From the NCBI GenBank assembly GCA_009103225.1, contig RHPI01002836.1, positions 62,001-126,000 on the forward strand: a stretch of DNA of 64,000 nt. Reading direction: 5' to 3'. The DNA comes from Chlorokybus atmophyticus (Eukaryota > Plantae > Mesostigma and Chlorokybus algae). Positions 1-11,900 of this stretch are shown here, piece after piece. Position numbers and translations under genes: made by a program. How positions within the stretch are numbered: the stretch's first letter is position 1; every line of letters begins with the position of its first letter. The notes below the pieces were generated by a model that was not told where the DNA came from, searched no databases, and saw only the letters and a list, made by a program, of their open reading frames with translations.

Positions 1-127
1 TAGCTTTGGGAGTAGAAGCATGTGTAGTTGGCGGGTAAAGAAGCCTGTAATGCAAGGTTTCCTACGCGTTGGTGTTGATGTTGGCGTGCACACATATATA
101 TGTATATGCTTCTCATCGTCCATCTCA
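1..127 (-). repeat. Partial second copy of the same LTR-like sequence, running off the window
   Basis: agtagaagcatgtgtag.tggcg and ggtgttg.tgttggc.tgcaca...tatgcttctcatcgtc align with 2636-2820. The minus-strand start TGAGATGGACGATGAG corresponds to TGTTATAGACGATGAG. Confidence 0.65.
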
Positions 128-279
128 ACCGGTACTTGTGGTGATGGAGTAGTAGTGGATTCAGCGAGAGAGTCGTAAGGGATAATCAAATTATGTAGTC
201 CCCTAAGCTTGGTACGAGGTCGCGGTTACTCAACAAGCTCCCCCCCTGCCTGGTCATCGGCGTCCCCGTGATGAGCTTG

Positions 280-441
280 GCACCTGTGACAGCGCCAATG
301 CTGGCTGGTAGAGGAAGACGCCGCATTGAGATCGCTAATAATAGGGGCGGCGCCCAGACTACAAGTCTCATGCCAGCATTACCAGCAGGTGTCACATTCC
401 AACAAAGGTGATAATCTGAGCCACGGCCGGTGCGTATCACA
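280..441 (-). pseudogene. Degenerate PHD finger (C4HC3) downstream of the retrotransposon integrase
   Basis: Hand translation of an unlisted frame gives CDTHRPWLRLSPLLECDTCW*CWHETCSLGAAPIISDLNAASSSTSQHWRCHRC. This fits CxxC...LLxCDxC...WHxxC...WxCxxC, with one stop and the second Cys read as His. Confidence 0.7.
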
Positions 442-586
442 TTCCGAGCTCGTGGGTGAGGTTTGCTGAGCCCTTCAATGTATGGCAGACGATACGGGAA
501 GCAGTTTTGTACATGGTCAACTTCAATTTTATCGGAGGGATATCGACAAGACATGGTGCTTTGTGCGAGTACTTGCATCACCTTGT

Positions 587-1558
587 CTATGGTGCCGTAG
601 TTGGCCTTGTCCAAGGTGTTGGTGGTTTGCTTCTTGCGGAAGACATAGTCACCGCTATAAAACTTGCGTGTCTGTGTAATGTAGCCCCCGCTACGCACGT
701 TTTGGTAGCGCCGCTGGTCTCGTAGTTGCGCAGTTTTGAGGTTGGCAAACGCCATGGCACAGAGGCTTTGAGTACGGTGGCGCGAGCTGTCAACACCTCC
801 ATTATGTGAGTGGGTTTATTGATGAGATCCTCTGTTGCTTGTGTTGCGTGATAGATGTGAAAGGGAAGCAGAGTTTCCCTCCCGAACATGAAGAAATATG
901 GGTTCAAAGAATGCAAGGTTGTTTGCCTCGTGCAGTACCTGAGTGCGAGCCAAGGCAGGAAGTCGTCCCACTCTTCCTGCCGGTGGGTTACACAATAGCA
1001 ACGGAGAGCTTTCTTGAAAGTCTGCACCATCCTCTCTGCCCGGCCATTGGCCTGCGGACGATCACCGCTGGTGCGGCGGTAGTCAATGGATGAGCGGTTG
1101 AGCAGAGTGTCGAATTCCCCATGATATTCGGTGCCGTTGTCAGTAAGCAGCTCTGCGCGAGCGGCGAATCTCCTGAGGATGTAATCCAGGTATGCCCGCG
1201 TTATAATGGATGCTGTTTTGTTTGGTAGAGGTATCAGCTTTACCCACTTGCTGAAGTGTTCAATGCCAACAAGTCTGTATACATTGCCGCAACGAGTAAT
1301 AAGCAGTTTGCTTGCTAGGTCCATGCTTTAGCGGTAACCAAGCCCCATATTGGACAAGGTATGCAAGTGAGGGTGGGGATGTGAGAAGCTTGCTCGAATG
1401 CGATAGCAGGTCTTGCACTCTTTCCGCAACGTTGCGTGACAATCCGTCCCACCAGCACCATGTTGGCGGTGCGCTTCATGCCATGGTGCCAAAGCTAGTG
1501 ATGCAAGTTGGCAATGAGGGACGCCCGGCGGTTGGGGGGACCTCCTAGCGCTAGCCAT
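587..1558 (-). pseudogene. Retrotransposon integrase (HHCC remnant plus rve DDE core)
   Basis: ORF 587-1324 contains EHFSKWVKLIPL, LLTDNGTEYHGEF and PQANGRAERMVQTFK. The preceding segment has a His/Cys zinc-binding remnant (CKTC). Confidence 0.9.
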
Positions 1559-1589
1559 CGCTTATGATGCGCTACAGCACGCCGTTGTC

Positions 1590-2352
1590 TCAAATGTGGT
1601 TCGTGGCGCGGTGCTGCGCGCGGTCAGTTGTTTTGTAACCCAGCACAGCAGGCAGGGCTCCTGTTGTGCTCAGCTGCAAGGTGAGCTCGTATGTCCAAAT
1701 GTCTCCTTCTCCTAAATGGGGTATAGTGGCCTTGAGCCCTGAGTTGCGGGCCTCGGCGCATATGCCGGCTGATTTTTTTTTAACCAATATGGCGTGCTTG
1801 CAGGGCATGTCGCCATTGTATCTGGCTTCAGTGGCATCCACCATGTCGGGGTTGGGATTGCGATTCAAGCCATCAGCATCAATGCTGACGATGCTTGCCT
1901 TGTAAGTAACAGTGTCATATTCTTGCAGCAGCAAAGCCCAACGCACGTGCTCGCAAGTAAGTTTGTTGCTGGTGAGAAGCCATCGCAAGGGCTGATGGTC
2001 ATTAACCAACTCTAATTGATAGCCGAAGAGGAATGGCCGAAACAACTGAATGGCTTAAATAGCTGCAAGCTGCTCCCCTTTATAGCTGCTATGATTGGCC
2101 TACGCAGCGTTATTGCTCTGATTGGCGTAAGCAATGACTTGTTCCTTACCCTAGGTGTTCTTCAGGCAGAGCACCGCACCCAACCCAAGCCGACATCAGG
2201 TGATAAGGAGTATGAAGGGCTTGTTGTAGTCAGGGCGTGCTAAATTTGGGGCTGACTGTAAGTGGCTCTTTAGTGCTTCAAAGGCTTGTTGCTCGGCTTC
2301 TCCCCAATGCCAAGTAATGGCTTTCTTCAGCAAGTTATTGAGGGGTTTGGCC
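1590..2352 (-). pseudogene. Retrotransposon RT connection and RNase H domain
   Basis: AKPLNNLLKK..WHWGEAEQQAFEALKSHLQSAPNLARPDYNKPF, followed by FRPFLFGYQLELVNDHQPLRWL...RWALLLQEYD...DADGL. Confidence 0.9.
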
Positions 2353-2826
2353 TGTTGAGGATATCGCTACATCTAGGTTATTACGTCAGTCGGTCAGCTT
2401 GCCCTCTACATAGGAATAGCCGCCAAAAGGTTCCAGGCGAAGACTTGAGAAGGTCGCGGCGCGGACACGAGTCGAGAGAAGGTTCCAAGCGCGGTCAGAA
2501 AAATGATGACAGCTCGATGGTTACGTGGCGATACGGCACGCATGACGGCATGTTAAAAAGCTCTTAAAGTTGTCTATGTGGCAGCAATTAAGAGCGCAGC
2601 ACTTAGTTGAGTGTGCTAGATGCAGTAGATTTTGAAGTAGAAGCATGTGTAGCTGGCGAGTATAAAAGCCCGGACTTGTACACTTTGAAACACTCTTGTT
2701 GGTGTGGAGTCGCTAGTCACGGTGTAGCATGTGCGTATGCTAAGATCCTGTAGTGCATGGTTTCCTTCACATTGGTGTTGCTGTTGGCATGCACATGTAT
2801 GTGTATGCTTCTCATCGTCTATAACA
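2353..2826 (-). mobile_element. Solo-LTR-like insertion (474 bp) splitting pol
   Basis: Minus-strand termini are TGTTAT...TCAACA. Plus-strand flanks tggcc and tgccc match 4/5 as a TSD. RT text stops at ANYYRR(F)VLNFS and resumes at AKPLNNLLKK. Positions 2630-2826 are homologous to window positions 1-127. Confidence 0.65.
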
Positions 2827-3727
2827 TGCCCAACCTTTCTTAATACCCAGAGAAGTTAAGCACGAACGACGGTAATAGTTGGCAAGACCAAGACGGCACG
2901 CAGACGCAAGATGTCTGTGGGTGGCGGCACCTTCAGCAACGCATCCATATTTGCGAACTGCACCATCACTCCGGGGACGATGAGATGGCCGAGGTATGGA
3001 ATCTTGTCGGCAAAGAAGGTACACTTCTCAGGGTGTGTCATGAGCGCGTGCTCTTTCAGTCGGTGCAACACCTCCTTCATGTGCTGCAGGTGCGCTTCAG
3101 CATGTGTGGCTGAAGTTAGACATGTCATTACAGCAGCACCTGAAGTTGTCTAGCCCATAAAGAGTTCTGTCCATCGCGCATTGGAAGACAGCAAATGCAA
3201 TCAGCAATCCGAAAGGCCTTCCATTGATACAATATTCGGTTGCCCCCAAAAGCGGTCTTGCACTTGTCCTCCGCCTTGATGCCGATCTCATGAAATCTGG
3301 AGCGCATGTCCATCATTGCAAAGAATTTGCAGGTGCCGATGCTGTCGAAGATCTTGTTAGGGGTATACATGCAATAGCGATCCAGCACAGTGTGATTGTT
3401 GGGGTTGCCATAGTCGCCCATTCGCCACTGCATCCACTGTCCTTGCTCATCCTTCGCCAAGGGCATGACGATGGCGGCTGTGTACTGTGTGGTGAGTGCT
3501 GCTTCCTTAATGAGTCCTGCGTCTAGCAGCTTCTTGCGGTTGGTCTCATAAGCTCCATCTCAATCTTTGCCAACGGGTGTTGCTTGTGGCAGATGGGCCC
3601 AAGTGTGCGAAGTCAATGATAAAATCATGAAAGTTACACTTGCCCAGATTTTTGAATAAATGAGCAAATTGTGTCTTGTGCTCTTTAAGGAGGGAATTTA
3701 ACTTGTCCTCAACATTGTCGGAGGTTA
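2827..3727 (-). pseudogene. Ty3/gypsy reverse transcriptase
   Basis: WRMGDYGNPNNHTVLDRY...IFDSIG..KFFAMMDMRSRFHEIGIKAEDKCKTAF; a decayed YxDD region (CCCNDMSNFS); HPEKCTFFADKIPYLGHLI; LGLANYYRR. Confidence 0.9.
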
Positions 3728-5824
3728 CACACGGATTGACGTTCGGGGACCATGCATGGTCCTTCCACGGACCCCGCGGGCCATACATGGTCCGTCCCCG
3801 CGGACCACAAGTGTCTGGTCCGCGAGGGACGGACCGTCCATGGTCCTTTTGGGGCCCCAATACCTGGCGCGCAGTCGCGCACCACATATGGTATGTGCCG
3901 CACCGTGTATGGTGCGGCACGGACCAGTACTCTACGCTGGTTCCTGGATGCGGACCAGGAGTGGGCCCGCGGCTCAGCGGCCCAGCAGCCGCGCACCGTA
4001 CATGGTCCGTGCCGCACCATGTATGGGGCGGCATGGACCAGCAATGTTGCTGGTTGGCGGCCCTGCAGGGCGCGCTACACGTGTACCATGACTGAAGTAT
4101 CGTTATTGCATGTACGAGTACATAGGTACATTGTGTGTATCATCATTTAATAAATGACAGGCCGCACCGACTGTCGCCGCTTACCATAAAGTGGACAGTC
4201 GCAAATGGTCGGCGGCTGTCAATGTATATTGACAGCCGGCTGTCAATATACATTTTAACTTATATAGGCCACAAGTGGACATATATAGGCCACAAGTGGA
4301 CAGCCGCCGACCAGTTGCGGCTGTCCACTTGTGGCCTATATGTATAAATGGATATGTGTATACATATAAATATATGTGTATATATACACATACATGTATA
4401 CATGCATATGTATATATATGTTGATAAATATACGTTTGTGTGTGTGTGCATGTAGGAATAAGCTTAAGGTATACAAGCAAAAATTGTTGACGTATTGCGG
4501 CCGCAATTTGCAGCCGTGCAATTACTTGATATCTATTAGTTCATGTACATATATTGTTGTAAGTATATTGATGCGCGTACACATGTGCAGTAGACCTTTC
4601 ATATGCAAAATTATATACATCTTAAATGATGTATAAGAATATGATTGTATAAAGTGTTATGATTATTATTACTGTACAATTACATAGTCTAAAAAAATAA
4701 TTATATTAAATTTACATCCATGCGTTGCGCGTGTTAATTACATTATATAGTTCGTTAGTTATTACATGATCATCATGTTCACAACCGTTAACATCATACC
4801 ATGAATACATATGTTGATGCTGTTCGCATGTTGCATTGCTAGGCGTAGTTTATGGTATGTTTGGTATGATGATTTGTACGAAACGAAAGCGCAAGCAATG
4901 TCAGATGTTATGACTTGTAGCCTTACTTGTATAACCTCATAAATGGCCTATAAAAGCCTCATGCGACCTTAGAATCATCGACAGCCCGATAAGGTACACT
5001 GGCTGCATTGACAGTCGCAATTTGGCTACTATCACTAAGCATTGTCACAATGACAGCCCCTAACAAGTCTACCAATTGTACTGGCGTATTGACAACCGCC
5101 GAGTTCGCGGCTACCGGTATGTAGTTTACCACCGTCCATGTAACTGGTACAGCCTATAAATGCTACAATTGCATAGGCTCAGCCTATGGGCCTATCAAAG
5201 TGACACACAATCTCCGACTGTCCATCGGCAATTACTGCCGCCGGCCGACAGTCGCCAAGCGGCTGTCGGCGCATGCAATAAACTACATGATATAGGTTGC
5301 CATGCGACCCTACCGGTACGTGCACTTGTAGCTTAGTGGTTAGGGCGTCGTCTTTGATATGCTAAAGGTACTGGGTTCCAATCCGGCCGATGCGTGTGTT
5401 CTTGACTAATCATTCCACTAACTCCGCGGAGCTGGCCGCGGCCTCCTGCGCCGCAGGTTGGGCGTGGCCGGTACCGCCGGCAAAGATGTCTCGACTTTTA
5501 CTGCAGTTGCACTAATGTTTACATTGTTTCATATTAAAGTTCGGTCGATGGTCCGCTGGCCGGACCAGTTATTGAATTATTGTAATGATTTTGTCCCTGG
5601 TCCGATGGCTGGACCATACCTGGTCCTGACGCAACAGTAATCGGCCGGACCTTAAGTGGTGCGTACCAAGGGACAATGGTACCATTCACGTGAAATTCGG
5701 ACCATGAATGGTCCGACTGTCGATGAAAAACAGACCATGCAAGGTCCACCGATTTCATTTAGCAGGGGGAAATCCCGGTCCTGCGTCACGGACCATTCAT
5801 GGTCCTTGAACGTCAATCCGTGTG
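3728..5824. mobile_element. Non-autonomous TIR DNA transposon (~2.1 kb) with TTA target duplication and subterminal GGACCA/TGGTCC arrays
   Basis: The left end CACACGGATTGACGTTCggGGACCATG and right end CATGGTCCttGAACGTCAATCCGTGTG are inverted. TTA sits at both 3725-3727 and 5825-5827. Removing the element rejoins the pol frame as GWRVGCLT|SDNVEDKL. Confidence 0.85.
5322..5393 (+). other. Degenerate tRNA-like segment (Pol III A/B box-like)
   Basis: TAGCTTAGTGGTTAGGGC resembles an A box/D arm and GGTTCCAATCC a B box, with tRNA spacing over 72 nt. The acceptor and T stems pair poorly, so it is not a functional tRNA. Confidence 0.35.
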
Positions 5825-8800
5825 TTAAACAGCCGACGCGCCAACCGTCTTGCTTAGCTTCGTAGCTGTGAGGGGATGTTAAGTGCTTCCTCAAGTGCTT
5901 CAAGCTCGACGCCGTGAACGGCCATAGAAACGAATGATGGGTCCCTGATTTCCGCAGGTTCCCCCCCCCCCCCTCCCCCCTCCGCAGTTGGCCGGGGGGG
6001 TTGGCGTGGCCATCAGCTTTTGAAGGGCTAAGTATGTCTCCAGCAATTAAATCATGTTGTTCTGGTCCATGGTGTGACCGAGCAACTCTTGGCAATTGTG
6101 TTCTGCTAGCTTGGGAGCATGTGTGATGGCACCAGGCTCAAAAACCCATTGTCAGCTCGCACTCAGTCGTCAGAAGTTCATGAAGACAGCTGAGATTGCT
6201 ATCTCAAACCATACGAATGTTGCCGTTGCGAAAGGAATGTGAGCCTGAGTAGGCCACAAATGTTGGCAAGGCAGCCATCAGGTGTCCCACCTTATTGCAT
6301 GGATGATTTCAAGTGCTTGTAGTCCGGACGGGTTAATGGTTGAGATGTAGTTTCAGCAGCAGAATATGTCTTGCAAGAGTAGGCTAGAAGGCTTAACAGA
6401 TAGAAGTTGTGCTGCTGCTAAGACTTCCACTCTGGCAAGGTTTGTCCACTTGCTGCGCAATCGGTGTGCACGAAAGCCGCGAGCCGCAGCATTGAGCGCA
6501 TAAAGGGTGCCGAGCATGGTGCAAACTTGTGCGTAGTCTTTGCGTACGTTGCTACGCCGATTGTCCAAAGCACAAACATTCTTAAGAATTTATGACGGGT
6601 GTCTGTCAGGTTGCTATTGCTGAAGTGTAAATATGTTGCATTAAAACTCCCAAAACAACTTGGAGCGTGGGTCCCGTAGACCGAGTCCCTTGTCAGCTAG
6701 TGAATGCCCTTGACATTCCCATCCTGCGACGACGATGTCCACCTCCTAGTGCCAGTTAGTGTTCCCCCATGATGAGGCGGATGTCCTGAGGCAGGGTACA
6801 AAGGCTGTCTGCAGTTGCGGTTGGTTGAAGCAGTGGGAACCGTTTGCGCATCTGAAGCAGTGGTGTGACACTGCTGTTGTGCTTGCGGACTTGGATCACA
6901 GTACAAGTAATTGCTGACTAGGATGCCAATGCTAAGCAAAGACGCTAAGCCGCTGCCAACTCCTCCGAATAGCACCAAAACAGTAAGGCCGTTGCGGCGG
7001 CGTTAAGGGGGGGGGGGGGGGGGGGANACTGACGAAGAGGATTACCAAGCACAGGAGGCGAGGTAAACGGTGCTGTTGCCACGGGGGCCGTTTTGGCCTG
7101 AGCAAGCCGACGGCGCTGTGCAGGGTCTTGCTTGGCTACTTTACGAAGAACCTCAGTTAGTGGAGTTGATGTTTTACCACGCCACCCCAGAGCGTGGGTT
7201 ACTTTGTATAGCAGTGGCGGTTGAGAACTCTGCCGGTGCCGGTTGCGCAAGTCCCTTCAAGAACGAGTGCAAGAATGCCATGTTGATATATGTATCCNNN
7301 NNNNNNNNNNNNNNNNNNNNNNNNNNNNNNNNNNNNNNNNNNNNNNNNNNNNNNNNNNNNNNNNNNNNNNNNNNNNNNNNNNNNNNNNNNNNNNNNNNNN
7401 NNNNNNNNNNNNNNNNNNNNNNNNNNNNNNNNNNNNNNNNNNNNNNNNNNNNNNNNNNNNNNNNNNNNNNNNNNNNNNNNNNNNNNNNNNNNNNNNNNNN
7501 NNNNNNNNNNNNNNNNNNNNNNNNNNNNNNNNNNNNNNNNNNNNNNNNNNNNNNNNNNNNNNNNNNNNNNNNNNNNNNNNNNNNNNNNNNNNNNNNNNNN
7601 NNNNNNNNCCCGCTGATAATGAATTGACGTCAACGGCACAGTATACGCTTGGTTTAGCGTAATGTATAGTTAAAAGTCAACGCTGCCTACGCAAATAACT
7701 GAATGAATGTGTCGCACAAACTTGCCACTAAGCCTGTGCAAATAAAACAGAGGGCATCCCCCCGTAGCGCGAGGGTGACCAAGGAGATCTCCCAGTAGCA
7801 TGCATTGGCCATTGTGAAAGGGGCAGGTGGCTCATAGCTTGCTTTGAATCATCTTTCTTGTCATCATGTGGTTGGGTCCCTCTGGTCCTATAAAATTTGT
7901 TAATGATCTTAAGCAGGAGCTCACGTACTTGTGCGACGATGAGCTCCTTTAGGGGATGGTCGTAAAAAGGCTCAAGCGGGGTAGGATGGAAAGCTTTGGC
8001 CGGTTGAGTAGCAAACTCAATGACCCAATTGGTGAGGGATTCCTTATCACGGGGCAAGTTGCGGAACGAGGGTTTTTGGTGCAGATTTAACTCCGCCAGG
8101 CTAGTTGAAGTTCGCCCCATCATTGAGCATGCCCCTCCACGCTACTCATCAAATCGAAATATATTGGTGGTGGTGGTGGTGGTCGTGTCTGCTCCAGGTT
8201 CATGAGCAGTGCGGCCCATATTTCTGCTGGAGCTGCTGATGTAGGTAAAGGGTAAGTAATTAGTGCTGGGCATTGGTAGGTGGTTGTCTTGTGGCACTGG
8301 ACCGCTATGTGCAGCAGCTTGGTGTGGCCGGCGTCAGCGGCTGCTATGGTTGCCAACTATACTTCGGGAGCTGCTGCTGGCTCAATAGCACCGGCAGCAG
8401 CAATGGCGGTATCGGCCTCGATCGATGGTGAGGAGGGGCCGCACTCGTATACATCGTGATGGTGGGGAAGGGGAACGGTTACGTGGGGAACAGGGGAATG
8501 AGCGACGAGTTGCCCCAACAAACCGAGTGAAGGGCAGTGCTTTGCATTTTGCCCACAGGTGGAAACTCGCCATACGGTGAGTTTTATGTGACAGAACCGA
8601 AAAATACCTAACGACTTAATAGGCGCTCAGTTAGCCGCCGCTTTTAAGCTGCCCAACCCCGCGTGGGCTCGCCAGGGCACAGCGCGCGACTCGCGCCGCC
8701 ATGAAATCAGATGCCTCGATTTTGCTTGGCTTTGCACCGCGCGTTGTCCGAATCGTGAATCTGCGGCGACGCGCGATGCAAATTGCCCTACTTTGACGCA

Positions 8801-9706
8801 CATGCATTTTCTACCGATTTCTGTCACGGTGGTTTGAACTGCTCCAGCGGCCAACGGTTACATACCGTTGGCCGTAGCAGCCGTTTGATCATTTTAAATT
8901 GCTGCCCAGTCATTGGTTGATGATGCGTCCACCCATAAGCAAGTACAATGTACCTCACCTCTGTGGAACGATCTGGTTGGCTGTCGTTTCCAGTCGCAGT
9001 TTAAAATTGGCTTGCATAAGACAATAGATCCTAAACAACGAGAATTAATTAAGACTGTTGAATTTCCGCCCTAAAGAAAATGCAACAAGCTGGGGGCCAG
9101 AAACGGTTGAGTGGCGGAGCAAGTCGCTAGCTGGTTACAGTTGAGGAGATTTTCAGGCTCATCCCCTCGACTCCGGAGGTCCTCCATGTGTGCCAAGAGG
9201 TTGTCTCGGTCACCGTGTATGTAACAAATGCCGGCGTCGCCGCTGACAACCCTTCAATCCTCTACCCAACACCCACACCGCCAGCAACAAGCCTGTCAAG
9301 CCGTTGGCAGCATGACGCTGTCACAGTGGCAGAAGACTGAATGAGGTCCGATCCGTTGATGGGACATTTTATATCAAGAGTTTATCACATATACGTGTCT
9401 CGATATCAAATCCAACATCAGATATCAACTCTACAATTGGGGTAACCGTTAGATATCTGGCGTGAGCCAATCAAAGTTCAGGTACCTAACGATACGGGAC
9501 CTAACGATAAGGTACATATCGCGATAGCTGACTATAGTGGTCGCATATATAATATGTGACCTTAAATAGGCTTAAATTGGCGGTCCTACACGCGTTGGGA
9601 CTCTTATTAAATATTATAATCGGATATAAGCGAGGAACCGTAGGAAAGAGGTGTAAATAAGGAAATAACTATACTTATTAACACAAATGAAGCTTATGTA
9701 GCTAAT

Positions 9707-11900
9707 TTAGCTCGCAACAATGTCCCAAATACTATTGCTCCCGTTACAGTGTAGGTCTGGATTGCCCATGGTGAAGGCAGCAATCTTGGCTGCAGATTTG
9801 CCCCCAGCCTTGCTGCCATTCAGAGGTCCAGCTTTGCCCTTACCCTTCCATTTGTCGTTGTCGTTGTTGTTGTCATTCTTGTTGTTGTTGTTGTTGTTGT
9901 AGTCAATGCTGGTGCCATCTGAAGAAGTTTTTGCCTTCAGAGCCTCCCTCAACAATAGATGCAATGTGTAGAAAACAACTTCAAGATACCCCTCCATGCC
10001 GCTGTGGATGCAAAGGGCATCAGCGCGTGGCATCGGGCATACTCGCATGAAGTGCCCCTCCATGCCGCACTTGTGGCAGGTTTGGGAGGGGATGTCCTCT
10101 ACTCGCACGATGGCATGAGCGCGCGTGTCTTAGGTGGTGCAGCGGTGGCGACTAAGCCGATGCCACTGATGCGATGTGCGAGGCCAGTGATTTCAAAAGC
10201 AGCCTGCTCCTTAAACATCCTCTTGCTAGTACACAACGCGCATGTATGCCCGATAAAGGGTGTAGTTAGCTTCGCCACACAGGTCACCCTTCACATGCTT
10301 GCGCATGGGTGGGTCAAGATTCTCCACATACACCCGTGCTAGATGATAGGGTTTGAGGAGAGGCATCTTATTAAGGGTGGTGTCCTCAACCAGATTGACA
10401 GACAATGCGGTTATGGAAATGGATTGGCGTCTTCATCGGCGTCCTACTAAGCTTGATGAGGTCTTGCGTTTTATTAATGGTGTAAGCGGGAAAGCGCTGG
10501 TTCAGTCCAAAGACCACATCCGCCCATGGTGAGAGTGCTATCAGCGTGGAGACGTCTTCTGCAGATGGGCAAATGACGAGCTGCGGGAGGTGCAGCAGAG
10601 GGTGCTACCAAGGTAAGAGCGTAAGCAGCGATAGCTGCACTGCATTGCTGGCCGTAAGGCTCATTAGTGTCGTCCTCCTGCATTAGCGGAAGCACAAATA
10701 GTTTAGTGGAGGCGTGGGTGCCAAAGGCACTGCTGCTGGTGTCAGTCTCCTCTGTGCGGGCGGATGGTGGCGATCGTGTGACACGTACAGCAGCTTGGGG
10801 CAGCGCACGTGGAGCACCAATCGTACCGTAGCAGATTCCATGATGGTGGGACTTAAGGACGAGCCGGAGCAAAGTAGTATCTCGTCTTCGAGAAGCTCAT
10901 GTGCAGAGGTAACCTCATGCGAAACGGCTACAGAGGCGTCATTCAGATACTCCGCAGCGAGGATGAACTTTTGCTTGTCATCCCAGCTCTTGAGCTCGTA
11001 CCTTTACTGCAAAGACAATGGAGTTGAAGCGGCTGAGCCAGTCCTTCAATGAGATGGAGCCTGCTGCTTCGGTGAAGACCAGCTGCCACTGCTTCCGTTG
11101 CTGCCACGGTTGCCACTAGGGTCAGCCATATCTTCTTCACTTTCGAAGCTAAGGTCGCTTTGAGAAGGAGGTAGGATGCTTGCAATGGCTCGTAGGTTGT
11201 AGTCACCCACTTCTTCGTCTTGGAGAAAGGGAAGTTCTGCAATGATGTCTGCTAGCGGGGTTGCAGAATCAGCTTGCATCCAACCTCTTGGTGTTCTTGC
11301 TTGCCGGTTCACGCACGCAACGACCACGAACAAGGCAAAATAAACATAATCACCTTAAATAATGTTCAATTGCTGTAGAGCAAGTTACAAGTCAACAAGC
11401 TCCTTAACTATGTATGCATGTGGACAAGCACATCAGTCATGCAAGTGTGTTCATGTGATTGAAGTTTGCTAAGTAAAGCGAGTTCACATGCTGCAAGCAC
11501 TCACCTAACAGCAAGCGAGTGGATGCCTACAACCGTGGTTGGGGTGGCGCAAGGCACGTAAAGTACCATGTTAGGCAGGGGACGATGCAGCTCGCAGGCA
11601 ACGGGGCGATGGCCATGCAAGAGGTTAACACAATAATGCAAGATAAAGAGAGAGCACCAGGGGCATGGCAACAGCAGGGAAAAAGGTGTTTAGCAAGGAA
11701 TTCGGGCAACAGCTCTTACAAGTTTAACTCTTACACAACGCCGCGTGCATGCACGCGGTTCACCTTTCTGATGGTGACTTTTGGAAGTCTTAAAAAGAAC
11801 GCCGCCGCTTCCGCGCCAGTCCGCTTACTTGCAATCTACTACCGACCAATTTCCTTAGCGTTTGCTTAAGGAAGCTGTTGATGTCGGCCGCCGCCACTAC
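9707..11900 (-). mobile_element. Decayed retrotransposon gag-like element with a CCHC zinc knuckle; no pol seen
   Basis: CHKCGMEGHFMRVC plus a second degenerate knuckle, a (TTG)n tract, and upstream gag-like frames. It is homologous to 23850-26050 (shared GAPRALP and AAIAAYALTL, plus a shared 5' non-coding leader). Confidence 0.7.

Larger units (their letters stand above)
128..8573 (-). mobile_element. Degenerate Ty3/gypsy LTR retrotransposon (gag - RT - RNase H - integrase - PHD), interrupted by nested insertions and a gap
   Basis: On the minus strand the domain order is RT (2827-3727), RNase H (1590-2352), integrase (587-1558), which is the gypsy order. There are many stops and frameshifts. 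A gag-like ORF lies at 7728-8573. The outer boundary and 5' LTR are not resolved, so 8573 is approximate. Confidence 0.85.

Noticed and set aside
3546-4150. Several overlapping 110-160 aa ORFs on both strands
   Set aside because: They arise from GC-rich subterminal repeats of the TIR element that happen to lack stops.
7298-7608. ORFs spanning N runs (also 28766-28861 and 58140-58310)
   Set aside because: These are artefacts of assembly gaps translated as X.
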